NCBI RefSeq assembly: GCF_009914755.1
Contig: NC_060932.1
Length of the DNA stretch: 64,000 nt
Source: the human T2T-CHM13v2.0 reference genome, Homo sapiens
Strand: one strand, 5' to 3'
Positions 26,192 through 40,197 of this stretch are shown in pieces. Position 1 is the stretch's first letter. Each line of letters opens with the position of its first letter. Both the position numbers and the translations under genes were made by a program. The notes below the pieces were generated by a model. The model saw only the letters and a list, made by a program, of their open reading frames with translations. It had not been told where the DNA came from and searched no databases.

Positions 26192-26363
26192 CAGTGCTTT
26201 TTAAACTTTTAGGTTAACATCTCAAACTTTTGATAACTCAGTAAAGTCTGTACATCTTCTCCCCAAGTACATACAGAAGCATACACATATTAATTTTGCA
26301 TACAAATGCAGGTGTTTGTGGATTCACTAAAGCTCTCTTTACAGAATAGTTAAAGAACATCTA
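26192..26363. mobile_element. Short hAT-Charlie element (Charlie4z-like)
   Basis: ctccccaag...catacacatattaattttgcatacaaatgcagg...ttaaagaac. A similar copy lies at ~48550-48685. Confidence 0.45.
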
Positions 26364-27239
26364 TTTGTGCTCCCTTGGACAATATGTGTGTCCTTTATTA
26401 GCCCTTACATTTCCAGTACTTGAGATGAGGTTTTCCTTCTGTTTTTCTCCTTACTTTAAGACCTGAAATGAGAGCCCTTCACCAACACTGACATGAAGAC
26501 AGCTGATGACTAGGAAGCAAGTGCTAGTGAAAATAGTGACTCAAAGAACCTTGATTCACAAAAAAGGCATGGAAAGGGAGCTCCGAACGTTACACATTCC
26601 AAATGACTTATTTAAGGTTTTCCAATCAAAGCCATTTTTACAAAAAAGAAACTGTTCTCAGACTTAAGAGTATTGTACTACCACATATGTGGGAAAACAT
26701 TGCCAGCAGTTGATTGGTGTAGTTTACTTTGGAATATATTCAGTTCTCTTAGGATGGACTTATTAACTGTCTCAATATTAATATTTCTTTATGGTAATGC
26801 CATCTTCAGTAATATATTTGCTTTTGCCAAGTTAAGGAAAGAATGATAATTTATGTTCATCCCTCCTAGGTTCTAAAACAAGTGCCATCCTGAAAGAGCT
26901 GCATATCATTTTAGATTCATAAAAATGCATTCAGATTCTCAGCTGATACTTAAAGGGACTGGTACTAGCAAGCACGGTTCCTGATGTATTTAAAGAGCGT
27001 TCAAAGAGGTGTGACAAGAACAACATTAGTCTGGAAAAAAAAACAGAGATGGAAAGATAGAAAACTCAAAAGGACAACTTAAGCTGTTACCTTCTTTACA
27101 TTTCCCAAATACCTTTTTTTGTACCAAAATAAGATTATAACTATATAAGTGTCTAAAATAAGTAAAATGTTATGAAAACTTTATAATGTGCTCCATATCA
27201 GGTAAGTTTATATTTTATAGATTTTATAATTAAAATTTT

Positions 27240-27635
27240 TTTTCTGGTAAAATATACGTAACATTTACTATTTTAGCTATTTTTAACTGTATAATTAACA
27301 ATGTTGGGCAACTATCACCACTATCAGTTTTCAGAACTGTCTCATTATCACAAACAGAAACTCTATACACATTAAACAATAACCGTTCATTTCCTCAGCC
27401 CCTGGTAAACACTATTCTACTCTCTGTGCCTATGAATTTGCATATTCTAGGTACCTCATAAGTGGAATCACTTATGGAATGTTCTGGAACCCTTTCATAC
27501 ATATTTGTCCTTTTGTCTCTAGCTTCTTTCACTTAGTATAAATGTTTTCAAAGTTCATCCATATTTCAGCATGTATCAAAATTTCATTCCCTTTTAAGGC
27601 TGAATACTATTTCATTGTATGTATATAACACATAT
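27240..27635 (-). mobile_element. L1MB-family 3' end
   Basis: cagcccctggtaaacactattctactctctgt, ctaggtacctcataagtggaatca, ttttaaggctgaatactatttcattgtatg. Confidence 0.85.
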
Positions 27636-29383
27636 GGTAATTTTGAATTGCAAAACACTTTCAGTACATTGTCTATTACATTAAACATGGCTAGCATATA
27701 ACACCACCATATTATCTTCCATAGATGTCAAGTAATATACACTATGAAGGTGCCATAATTTATTTGGTCAAAACCCATTGAAAAACATTTACTTAATTCC
27801 AAATTGTTTTGTGACTTCAAGTTATGTGGTAATAAACAGAGTATATTAATCCATATGTCTTTATATGTCAGTACTTTTACTTTTGATCAAAGAATGCTTG
27901 GAGTGGAATTATTGGGTCAGAGATTATGCCCAGATATTTATAGTTTGAGTACTCTAGATACTGTAGTTTATAGACTATAAAAATCCTAACATTCTGTAAC
28001 AGATAGTATTACTGAATGTTCTGGAACCCTTTCATACTATCTTAAAAATGAATACAGATACTATAAGGAAATCAACTGAACATGATCCGAGCAAAGAAAT
28101 ATTCTCTCTTTTTTCATTTCCAGTTCATGGAGGAAAAATGCTATACACAAGTATTGAGAGAGAAAGTCTCTCAATCATGCATTTTTTTATCATAGATGAC
28201 AAAGTGCATCATAGATGTCAGTTAAGTCTTGTAATAACAATGTGGAATAGTAGAAACATCTCTAGCTAGTTTTTAGGGTTTTTGTTTGTTTGTTTGCACC
28301 AGCAATAGGTTATTTGCATCAAACCTAATCTAAAATTTGGTCTGTTTGTTCAGATTTATGTACCTACATTATGGTAAATCTTTTATTTTTTTTTCTTAGT
28401 TTCTCTTTAATGTATTATTTTTAGTTTATTCTGAAATAGAATAATAAAGCCCAGTGATAACAGTGTCTTATTGAAGCTAAACTACAAAATATTTGGCGTA
28501 TGTGAAGTATAAACAGAATTGGCAAGACTTTTAACCATCCTCCTCAGCAGAAGACAGTCTCTATTGCATCGGCCAGGAGAGGAGAAACAGAAGGCTTGCT
28601 GGAGATTGCATTAGTTTTTACTTAAACATTAAAATGCTAAAAGGACAAAGATGAAGCAACATGTCTTATAATATATGTTTGAGTATCTACTTAAAACTAA
28701 AGGGTTGCTAGAACATTTATTTAGTTGGACAGACACACTCCACAGTGTAGCTGACCCTAGACATGTCACAACTGCATTTTAAAGTATGCTTTTTCTTCAG
28801 TTGATTGGGGTGGGGGGAATTATTAATAAACATTTCTCCTATGGTTTACCTCTATCTTTATGGTTGTTTGATTAAACCCTCTTTGAAAAGCAGACGTAAA
28901 ACAAATCAGCATTCTTATCTTTGTCTGAATAAGCAACACCATGGCCATACCTTCTTAATGCACTGCTGTGGTTATGAGACCAAAGGGTAGAAGCAGCAGT
29001 TTTTTGGTCATTGCAATAGTCACAGCAACACAACCTGCTACATTCCTCACTTATATACTGCAGAATCTGACCAAATAAACACAGAAAAGTCAGTAATACC
29101 TTTAATGCAATTCTTGCACAACTCTCCATGATCTTTCATACACAGCTTCTCTGATAATTGAAATGTAGAGGAAAATAACCTGAATGTTAAGACCCCTTTT
29201 CCATTTCCAAAATGTAATTTTGCTGGGACTTGCAGAAATAACATTGAATCTGAAATTAGTGGGCATCCAATGGAGTCACTAGAAATAATCTGTCAAAATC
29301 ACTCAAATACAAATTTAGATTTAAAGACCAGGAAATTCTAAAGAGTAACTATGGTAATATATTAACAATTTAGGAAAGGAACA

Positions 29384-29779
29384 TTATACATATATATTTA
29401 TATAAATATTTATACATATTTATATTTATACATATATATTTATATATATATAAATATATATAAACATTTATATTTATATATAAATATATAAACATTTATA
29501 TTTATAAATATATATAAACATTTATATATAAATATATATAAACGTTTATATAAACGTTTATATATATAAATATATATAAACATTTATATTTATATATAAA
29601 TATAAATAAACATTTATATTTATATATAAATATATGTATAAACATTTATATTTATATATAAACATTTATATTTATATATAAATATATGTATAAACATTTA
29701 TATTTATATATAAACATTTATATTTATATATATATAAACATTTATATTTATATATAAATATATATGTTTTTATATATAT
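29384..29779. repeat. AT-rich minisatellite / degenerate (TA)n array
   Basis: ~400 bp of units such as tatatataaacatttatatt, almost no G or C. Confidence 0.95.
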
Positions 29780-31384
29780 GGGTTTCTACTTATAAGGTAT
29801 AATCACTGGAGAATAATGGATTTTTAGAAATGATTCATTCTGAAAAGACTATTTTACCACTTTTTTAAACTAGTGCCATCAAAAATAAATTGTGACAAGT
29901 CACTGTCATCCAAGTTAGTCTCTCACGTGGCTCTCAAGGAAGTGAGTAGTTCTTGGGGAAATGGCTTTCTTCAAATTTGTGCTTTCCTGCAGTGAGTCAA
30001 GCTGAGATAAAATGGGGCTGATGTTCTTAACTATTTGTTACATGCCCATATTTATTAGAATTACCTAATAATCAGTAAAAAAGAGTTTTATGATAACTAA
30101 AAATGTACCTATTGAGACTCTCCATTGATAAAAGTTGGCTAAGATACAGCTGGTGATCCTGTAGAAATCTAAATTACATTTTTTTCATCTTCTCCATATT
30201 AGAGAATAACTCAGGATTTCAAAGCAAAGCATGAAAAAGTAGCATTTGATATATTTTATCAATGTTAAGATTTCTGGGGAGCTTATCAGCATCATATACT
30301 AAGCATTCAATAAACGTAAATTGTTATTTCATAAGTAAAATATCAACAGCATAAAAATTTCTGTAACTCAAATGGCCAGTATGGTACATGGCTTTAATAC
30401 AGGAGATTACAAAACATTAGTTGAACAACAAAATGAACTAATACCATTTATTTCTGAAAGCTACCCCCCAATACAAAATGATTGGTATTCTACACAAGCT
30501 CATTGTGATTGCTTTAGTATATGTGGTAGGAGTAAATTATGGATAGAACTACCCTCTTCCCTGGTTCTTTTAAAACCATACTTTCTTCCCTCTGGGGTAT
30601 TATAAGTTGGAAATTAGAGGTGAATCATATTTTAGTCTGGAATTTATCTAGTAAGCAGTTCAAGACACTTAACCATGCACCATCTGTTTACCCAGGGCAG
30701 GAAAACATGACATTCCCCTTTTCAACTATAGCAGATGGGGACTTTTAGAAAACTCAGAATGCAAGATAGAGATTATAATGATGGAGTATTAGTCAGCACT
30801 TCTTTTGTCTGCATCTCTTTTTCAATCTCATTGATTGTAAAGAACACAATCAGAGATAAAGTACAGTTACTGTCAATTGAAAATGTTTTCAACCTGCATA
30901 TAGGTGTGAGATAGTGGGCCTGTCACATCTTCACGAGATATGTTGGAATGACTATTTCACCACAAAATTCAAACGTGACACTAAAATTATCTGACACTAA
31001 ACAGTCCATTAAATAAGAGGATGAATGTTGGCATCTTGCTCATCTATTTAGAAAAGAAAAATCACTAACAGTTTTAGGCAATACTTAAATGTTTAAATTT
31101 TTTCTAATAAAATGGAAAATGAAATAAAATGGCATTACGGTGTTATGAAAGCAAAGCAATTAGGTTAATCTCAAAATGTCTGACTGTAAAGTTGTAACAA
31201 TTTTATTCTTAGAGCTCTCAGGCAGCTTTTAATCATTTTCAAGTTCAATCAAAAAGCTCTAACCATTATCATGAATATATTCTGATCACTGGGCTTTCCT
31301 CCTCCCTTTTGCTATTTATTTTTAATTTATTTATTTGGGGACATTTTGGCTACCACTTATGTCTAGATCATGTTTTTCAGGAAA

Positions 31385-31565
31385 TGAATGTGGGCTTTGA
31401 ATCATACCTTTACCATTTACTAGCTGTGTGATTTATACGTTACTCAACCTCTGTGAGTTGTTTCCTGATATTTAAAACAGGAAAATCACCGAGTTGTGGT
31501 GAAGATGAAAGAAGATAACATAAAGGAGAACTCAGTGAAGTGTCTGAAATATACATGGTAAAGGT
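31385..31565 (+). mobile_element. MIR SINE
   Basis: ccatttactagctgtgtga...ttactcaacctctgtgag...gttgtggtgaagatgaaa. Confidence 0.7.
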
Positions 31566-34063
31566 TAATGTTTTCCATTTTTATCATTTTTATTTCCACT
31601 GACAATTTACACAGCCAGACCTCATTACTACATCTTTTCCCAAATGTTCATGAATTATTTTTTCTACCCCTCCCCATGTAAGTTAAACTTAGCCTTGAAA
31701 TGACCCTGAATCTCACTGGAAAATGTCTTAATGCAGACACTGCCAGTGTCAGGAGAGGTTGGGTCCACTGTAATGCGAGGTTGTTAGGCTCTGATCAGCA
31801 GTGGCTGTGGGAATTAAACCTAGCTTCTATATTTAACTCTTCAAGTAGTTGATTGGATCACCTGGCAAAAGTCAATTGGCTAGCAATCCTTCACCTTATT
31901 TTCTTTGAATTGTACCACATGTCTAATCACTCGTTTCACTGGCTCATTATCAGAAATGATATTACGGGCATTAAATAAGGGTGCTTATTTCAGAAGCAAA
32001 GTGCCATATAAAATAGGAATGTCAAAAGTCTTTGAAGATCCTATTTGGCTAACTCAAATAGTTGTTGTTTCCAATATGCAACTATTGGAGAAGTTTCATA
32101 TTATTAAGTTGTCCAAAAACAAAAATTAAACTAACTCCATTGTAGGTCATACTTTTGTTGGTCTGTGATACATTTCTATTTTATTGAAGCCCGAAGAATT
32201 TACAGAGACCGTGCAAGCATTATTATTCAGGGACTTGTTTATTATTAGGTGCTACTGATTAGATGTGATGAATAGCAAAACTGTTAAACAAAATAAAAAA
32301 AAAAAATAGAGCCTCACTTACTGTGGAATCTTTACTAGGAGAAACACCAGCCTATAAAAGTTGCATTTTTAATGACATATTTACATTAGTATGATGACAA
32401 TTTTTGTTGGGCTTGAAAAGCACACAATTTTACATTTTATTTTTCTTATATGGATTTCTGTTATTGATATGGGCCATTTGGGTTTTAAAAAACAAGTACA
32501 AAAACTGTGTAGGACCTTATATTTAATATGTAAATCACATTTATTTACAGGGGAGAATTTTGTGGTGAGCAAGAACTGCAGCCAAATTTGTGATAATTTA
32601 TTGCAGTTGGTAGAGTCTCTTCATGTATTCCTGGGAACAGAATAACTTCACTCTTTCACGTAAAAAGTATAAATCATCAGTGTAAGTTTGTCTTAAATTT
32701 CCAAGCCAATATTGTTAATCCCTATTTAAATACTGAACTGATTGGCTGTTTACCAAAGGCTTGAGGGGTAAATTTGGGGCATAGTCTGAATTAAGATGAG
32801 ATGTTGGAAACAATGAAAATACCTGCTTTAAACATGTATGTACATACAAGTATACACATATATTACACATATTTTATGTATATTATAAACTATAATTATG
32901 TATATGTGTATCTATGTATGTATTCATTAATATTTTCTTCCTATTTCAAATATTTGATTCCTTGAAAGTTGGATTTCATTTAAAATAAAGAGACAAGTGC
33001 TTGGAAAAGCATGTGAAAAATCTTTGTTTCCAGAGCCAAGTTTAACAAGGAAAACTTATTTTTTCACTGGCAGTTTGTTTTTCAAAGTTATGAGAATATG
33101 TTTAAGATTTTAAAGTGATTTATTTAATAAATGAGTATGAATATGAATTTACCTATTTCAGATTGCTTTATATGTCATATTAATTTTTAAGTATATATTT
33201 ATCTGTTTAAGCTTTTCTGAACTAGATCTTACCAGGTTATAACTACTGTCCAATTATATAAGAACAACAATATAGTTGCCTTTCAGCTTGAAAAATGCAC
33301 CTGTTTCATTTTGTTATTTTTTTAACCCATAAGTTATTTGGCCTTCCATCAGCTTTTCTGTCTTGAGGAATACATTGTCCTATGCATAATAAATTATTTT
33401 GTACATCTATGTTTCATGCCATAATTTTTTAGTGTCTCACAAAGTTCTAACTTGGAAGGTACTCTTTTAAATCAAGTTTTTCAGAATATAGACTTGTTCT
33501 TTGTGAATTGTCAGATCTGTTTTTTAGGTATTTCTCCCATTTTGGAGAATGAGTAGAGAAAACTGTACCATGGGACATTTCAGTTCTTTTTCTATACTTA
33601 CTGCTAATAACATGCCTTCTCTTAGTAAAGCTAGAAAGCTGAGAACTGCAGTTAAATAGCCCCAAGGTAGGACATAGGCGAAAAATACTAAAATTTGTTC
33701 AAGTACAGTAAGAGAACCAAATTTGGTCTGGCATTTAATTTAGTCTTCCTCACTACCCTAACCCAAGTAGTATACTAGTAACTAGACTTTTAAAAAACAG
33801 CCATTTGTTGATTAATGGTGCCTATTTTTGTTTCTGCTTCATTTTAACTTTGTTTCATAACACTATTATACAGAGGCTTATTTTAACAAATGCCATTAGT
33901 TGGATCATTGAGTTTTTCTTCCGCTTTATAACTGATTAGCTCTACAGTTCAAAAATGCTTAAAGGCCAGACCTGTCAATTAGAAGATATAAGCACAATAG
34001 AAGTGATGTTTCTAAAATTAACTCTGGAATACATCTCTCTTAATGTTAAATACATATAATCTG

Positions 34064-34200
34064 GGACTGGGTGCAGTGGTTCATGCCAGTAATCTCAGTG
34101 ATTCAGGAGGCTGAGGCAGGAGGGTCATTAAGGCCACAAGTTCAAGACCAGCCTGGCCAACATAGTGAGACCCTGTCTCTAAAAAAAAAAAAAAAAAAAA
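34064..34200 (+). mobile_element. Alu left monomer (FLAM-like) with A20 tail
   Basis: gggtgcagtggttcatgcc...gttcaagaccagcctggccaacatagtgagaccctgtctct followed by poly-A. Confidence 0.85.
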
Positions 34201-34206
34201 TTACAA

Positions 34207-34333
34207 GTCCAGGCATGGTGGCTCATGCCTGTAATCTCAGCACTTTGGGTGGCCAAGGTGGGGGGATCACCTGAGGCCAAGAGTTAGAGAACAGCTGGTA
34301 CTGTAGCGAGACCTCGTCTATAAAAAAAAAAAA
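34207..34333 (+). mobile_element. Second Alu left monomer (FLAM-like)
   Basis: ccaggcatggtggctcatgcctgtaatctcagcactttggg...gcgagacctcgtcta followed by poly-A. Confidence 0.8.
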
Positions 34334-35659
34334 TTCCTTCTGGATCATTTCTAGAACACAAATATTTGTGACATTTCTTTAGTGTTTTCATTTTTATTAA
34401 GTGTTATATACTCATATTTCATATAAACTTTGTATTAATTTTAATACTAGTTTAGAAATTTTAATTTAGTATAAATACATCAACTAATGTTGAAATTGCT
34501 AAAACTTTAGGGTCAAAATTAATTTAAAGGTTACTGGAGTTACTGTTCTGGTTTCTAGTAATTGGTGTCTCCAATAAATGCATCAGAAAGACAAAAATAG
34601 CCATGGTTCAGAGTGTCTGCCCTATTAATAACATACCATGATATAGCTTACAGATATGGATATTAACAAAATGATTTATTTTAGAACATCATTTATAGCC
34701 TATAAAATGATTTGCCAACTGACAGGCAACCTTTGACAATAAAATATACCTGCTACTTCCTTTTTTTGCAAATTCATTGTACCACATCAGTGTTATCTCA
34801 ATAGTGTGATCAACAGATGACTAGTAATGCTCATTCTCTGTAATTCACATTTTACCAATTACTAACAAAATATGGAGTGGGCAACAATTCTATAGTATTT
34901 AATCAGATTTTCCTTTAAACTGAAGTATGATCTATATTCCTATAATGCTTTTATATCTACCACTTCACTTAAGTAAAAGAAAGTTTTCTAGAGTTTCTAT
35001 GTCAGTTTTCAAGTGGATCAGTCTTTTTTAAACATTTTTACTTAAAAATTAAAAATACTAATTTGTGCATGCTTAAATATAAATATTGAAATAGTCTGAA
35101 ATATATGAAATGATCAAACAAACAAAAGTATGGGAATATCCTTTAAGACATACAAACTTTGAATATATTTAGATTATTTAAGCTAAACTTTATTCATTTA
35201 CATAACAGGTCACAGGTGTTGCCTTTACTATTAAATAAGATTCTTAGAGTAGAAAATAACATATAATTTTTTTTGTAAAATGTTAAGTGCAAAGACCAGA
35301 GCATTAAACAATAAATGATGCATACATGGAGGAAAATATTAAAAGGAAATTTAAAATGTAAAAGTCAATTATCAATGGTTAAATCAAGAAGCAGAGAGTC
35401 AGTGAGATCACGTTTTTTATTTCCAAATTTATTCAATGTGTATATATTACTTGTAGAACTGCGTAAAAAGAAATTCATGTTTGGATGTTCTTTACCATCT
35501 AAACATTGCTGAGAGTGTGGTTGAAATGTTCACTTTTTAGTAGATTTCTGGAAAATCTAGGCTGGCCTTGAAAATATTAAATATAGTAGAAGAAGGTAAG
35601 TTTTCCCTCATCCTAAAATTATGATAATAAATTATATTTTTAAATTATCACATAATTTT

Positions 35660-35870
35660 CAAAGCATTTTTATAGTCATTGTCTTATTGGACAATACCAA
35701 CTCTCTAAAGTTGGCAGAACTAGAATTGTCCTTATTTTGCAGACAATGAATTCAAAGTTCATGAAATGTAGTAATTTGCTCTCTTAATCAGTATACACAA
35801 TTACTAAGTGTTAGAGCAAGAATTCAAGCCTGTTTTGTGCCATGGCCAATCTAGTGCTGCCCTCTATCCT
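35660..35870 (-). mobile_element. MIR SINE
   Basis: ccttattttgcagacaatgaa...agtaatttgc...aagtgttagagcaagaattcaagcc. Confidence 0.55.
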
Positions 35871-37009
35871 ATAGGAACTGGTATGTTTAAGAGTTAAGCA
35901 TAAACATGGAAATATGCCTGGTCTGCTTCTAGTTATAAATTCACTTACAAACCTCACTGGATCCTGAACTAGGAAAATCTGTAAGGGTTATTTACTTTCA
36001 TCAACCCAAAGATGAACATGTTAAACAGGTTCTTAGATTTAATTAAACTTTTTTTTTTCCACCATATCTTTGTGTCTATCAGCAGCTCCTCTTGAGTATA
36101 CCATGGCTTCATTTAAAGAGTTGCATTGCTTAAAAAATAAACATTGACATTGCTGATCATTTACCTGTGTTAAATATGCCAGTCTAGTTTGCATTGACAT
36201 AATGCTGACATGAGATTGTATCATTTGATTATACACACACACATTTACTAGTTCTAATTTAAGTAGTAAGTTTTGGTCCTTACTAGAACATGATTTATAT
36301 AATTGGCAACCTAATGGTAAGATGCAGTAATATAATCTATCATGTTAAAAGATAACTGAAATTCACAGAATTCTCTCCTATAACTGCATTAGGAAGTTTT
36401 AATGGATTTCTACTAAGCTTCTCTTAAGGATAAAATTTTTTGAAAACAGGTCACTTGTAAGATCTGCCTTAGTTTGTTAATGCTTCTGAAATATCACCAC
36501 TATAACCTGCTTTTTAAAATAGCCTGACACCTACTAAGTACCCTTTCGCCGCCTACAAGAAAGCATTTATATTTTTAATTTTAGTGAAGAGTTCCTGATT
36601 TAAGAATTAGTCATTTGCTGTCATTTGAATTTCAAGTATGTTGTAAGTACTTGAGGTTCTTTCTGTATGAATTTTCAGCGGAGTTTTTACATTTTTCATC
36701 ATTAATTTCATCTTTCACTTGGGATCAGCCAAATCAAAAAGTTTATGTTCTACCCTTTCTTAGTTCTCTTCATTGCAAACATTCAGAACCTTCTCAAAAA
36801 TAATATCATGGCTTGAGACTGTTTATTGACAACCGATAATGCCAGAAATTAGTGATTATGGTTTTCAGTTTAAAAAGCAAAATGAGAAACTGAAGAAATG
36901 GCGTTTTTCCTCCATTTAGCTGATCAGCTATTCACATCAGTGATCATTCGCTTTTGAGGCTAAGGATACAAATGTTAATGTTTTGTATATTCATAGAAGT
37001 GAAAAATAA

Positions 37010-37228
37010 TATAACAGTTATTGTGCTTAGTCTGTGCTAAGCACTATTCTAAAACCAAATGAATTTCTCCTAACAGCAGCCCTAAAAGGTAGGCATTATT
37101 ATTACCTTTTTGACAGATGGGCAAATTGAGGCACAGAACAATTGAGTAAAGTACCTGTAGTCACACAGCTAATAAAGCACACAGATAGGATTTAAACACC
37201 AGGTGGTCTGTTTTGAGACTCCACACTC
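37010..37228 (-). mobile_element. MIR SINE
   Basis: aggtaggcattattattacctttttgacagatgggcaaattgaggcacaga...gtcacacagctaataa. Confidence 0.85.
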
Positions 37229-37558
37229 CACCCCTATAGTTAATATAAGGGTTTGGATCCCTACTCTTTGTTGTATGGCCATTTAATTGCTTTGTGGAAA
37301 GAAAGGGAAGGAGGAGAGAGAGGGAAGAAGGCAGGAGAGATGGCAAATTCCTGCTAGCTGGTTGACATGGTGTGCTATAATTTATAATGAAGTTCAATTT
37401 AAGGACTTGTAAAGATTTCAATAGAATAGTCTTAAATGTTCACTAATGAAGTATGTGGTAATATCAGATGGAGATAGCAAGTGAATTTCAATTTAGTAAT
37501 AACCATAATTGTAATTCAATAGCAGTCTCATATTTGGAACAAATAAAATTCAAGTAAC

Positions 37559-37687
37559 TTTTTAACTTTTAAGTTCAGGGGTACATGTGCAGGTTTGTTA
37601 TATAGGTAAACTTGTGTCATGGGGGTTTGTTGTACAAATTATTTCATCACCCAGGTATTAAGCCTAGTACCTATTAGTTATTTTTCC
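37559..37687 (-). mobile_element. Very short 5'-truncated older L1PA 3' end
   Basis: ttttaagttcaggggtacatgtgcaggtttgttatataggtaaac...attaagcctagtacc, diverged TSD aattcaagtaa/aatttgagtaa. Confidence 0.85.
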
Positions 37688-37963
37688 AATTTGAGTAATT
37701 TTCACAGCAATAATTCTACCTTTTCTTAAAATTATTAGGTATTTTTTCACCCCAACACTCAAAGCTTATTTAATATTAATAAAATTTTACCTTTTATAAA
37801 AGTCCATAAATTTTAGTAAGGTTGTAAATTAGGCTGAAATTACAAAACAAACAAACAAACAAATTTAGAGCTTTTAGCCAAAGGAAAGCACCCTCATCCC
37901 ACTCCAGCTCACCCCTGCTCATTTCTATCATAACTGCTTCCCTAAGAAAGAAGAAATTTTTCT

Positions 37964-38051
37964 AGGCGGAGCTTGCAGTGAGCTGAGATTGTGCCACTGC
38001 ACTCCAGCCTGGGTGACAGAGCAAGACTCCATCTCAAAAAAAAAAAAAAAA
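37964..38051 (+). mobile_element. 5'-truncated AluY-like element
   Basis: aggcggagcttgcagtgagc...poly-A, perfect 14-bp TSD gaagaaatttttct (37950-37963, 38053-38066). Confidence 0.9.
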
Positions 38052-38148
38052 GGAAGAAATTTTTCTGATTGGTCAGATTTAATTGAACATTCACTGAGCC
38101 ATATTTTACTATTGCATCGGGTCACTGTGTATTTAAAGATACAAAGCA

Positions 38149-38544
<396 letters not shown>

Positions 38545-39100
38545 CTAGACCTTCAAGGTCCTCTCCTCTCTTTCATTCCGTGCACCAGGGTGGGCTTCAT
38601 CTAGGAGAACAATGGACTCATTTCTGTCTTTTGCCTGTTGGTCCTTGCAGATGAGTCAGGTTTCATTTGGAGCCCAGAAAATCTTACATGCCCTCTTCTC
38701 AACATCTTCCTTTACACATGTCTCAGTAAATATTAACATGCTCTAAATATGCCCTTGCCATAACTCTGAACTCAGGATTACCAGAAAGTAATTCCAAAGC
38801 TGAGACATTTTCCATATCTTAATCAGCAGATAATTTGTACTTACATTAACACTGACTTGATTATTCACATGTTCGTTTGCAGTTTGAATCTATTTCTGTC
38901 TTCAAGTACTTAAAATAGATATAGATTTTAATCAAGATACTTTAGGACTTTTATTACATATTTATTATGTACCTTATTTCAGGCATTTATTGTACTAGGT
39001 GCTGGCAATAGAATGTTAAACAGAATGGTATACAATCTACATTCTAATTTTCAAATAAGATTGTTATGAAAGTGTACTTAAAATTCAAACAGGAAAAGAG

Positions 39101-39395
39101 GGCTGGGCACAGTGGCTCACATCTATAATCCCAGCACTTTAGAAGACTGAGATGGAGGAGTGCTTGAAGCCAGTAGTTCGAGACCAGCCAGGGCAACATA
39201 GCAAGACCCCATCTCTACAAAAAGCACTTTAAAAAAATTTGCCAGGTGTTGTGATGCATGCCATAGCCCTAACTACTCTGGAGGCTGAGGTAGGGGTGTC
39301 ACTGGAGCCTAGGAGGTCCAGCCTGGGCTGCAGGGCAAGACCCTGTATCTAAACCAACAAACAAACAATACAAAGCAAAACAAACAAACAAAAAG
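39101..39395 (+). mobile_element. AluJ with right-arm deletion and (CAAA)n tail
   Basis: ggctgggcacagtggctcac...gggcaacatagcaagaccccatctctac...ggaggt|ccagcctggg. Confidence 0.9.
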
Positions 39396-40052
39396 ACACA
39401 AGAAAAGGGTACAGAAATTGCATGCAAAAAAACTCAGTTTAATATGCATGTTTGGCATGTTAGAGATAGAAAATATCTAACACAGAAGCTTTACAAGATT
39501 AAAGGTTGATTGTCACTTCAGCTGAACTTTTACTTAAAACAAGCAAGTGTTTATTCAAACCAAGCCACAAACTCAAATAGTAATTATCCAACTTTATAGT
39601 TTCTCACTTAAGATAGAATGCTTTTACTTATGACTTGTAGTAATATTAATATTTCAAGAAACTAACCATCAGTGTTTTCAAAATTAGGTTATTCCAGTGA
39701 TAAAAATTTCAAGAGTTTCCCATCAGTTTTATTTCACGTCTCCAAAATTAGATTAAAATGTTACAGTTTTAAGTAAAAAACTAGTATATTGACTATTGAC
39801 TCGGGTTCAAAGTTCTATCAGAAGGTAGGTCAGAGAAATCCCCAGCGCAAGAACACACCCAAATTTTAATTCTGAAATTCTTTCTTGGCGGATTAGATGT
39901 TGGTATCTCAACATCTGCAATGCCAAAGGACGTTGTCAAGTTATTATCAGCATTCAGTTCAGCACTAGGTTTTGAGAATTTAGAAGTTTTTTCACTACTT
40001 TTTCTCCTCCTACTCCATGACAGATTGCTTCCAACGCTAAAGGTATCTTGAC

Positions 40053-40197
40053 TCATTCATGCACCATACATTCAAGAAATACATACATTTGAGTTACTGA
40101 TCACATATACTATTCCAGGTATGGTACTGGTCACTAAGGCATCAAAGATGACTAAGACACAGACTTGGCTCTCAAAGGGTCCCCAGTGTAGTGAGAC
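40053..40197 (-). mobile_element. L2 3' end
   Basis: cattcatgc...cattcaagaaatac...atactattccaggtatggtact...aagacacagacttggctctcaaag. Confidence 0.6.

Noticed and set aside
39895-39916. 8-bp inverted repeat agatgttg/caacatct
   Set aside because: Too short; expected by chance in 64 kb
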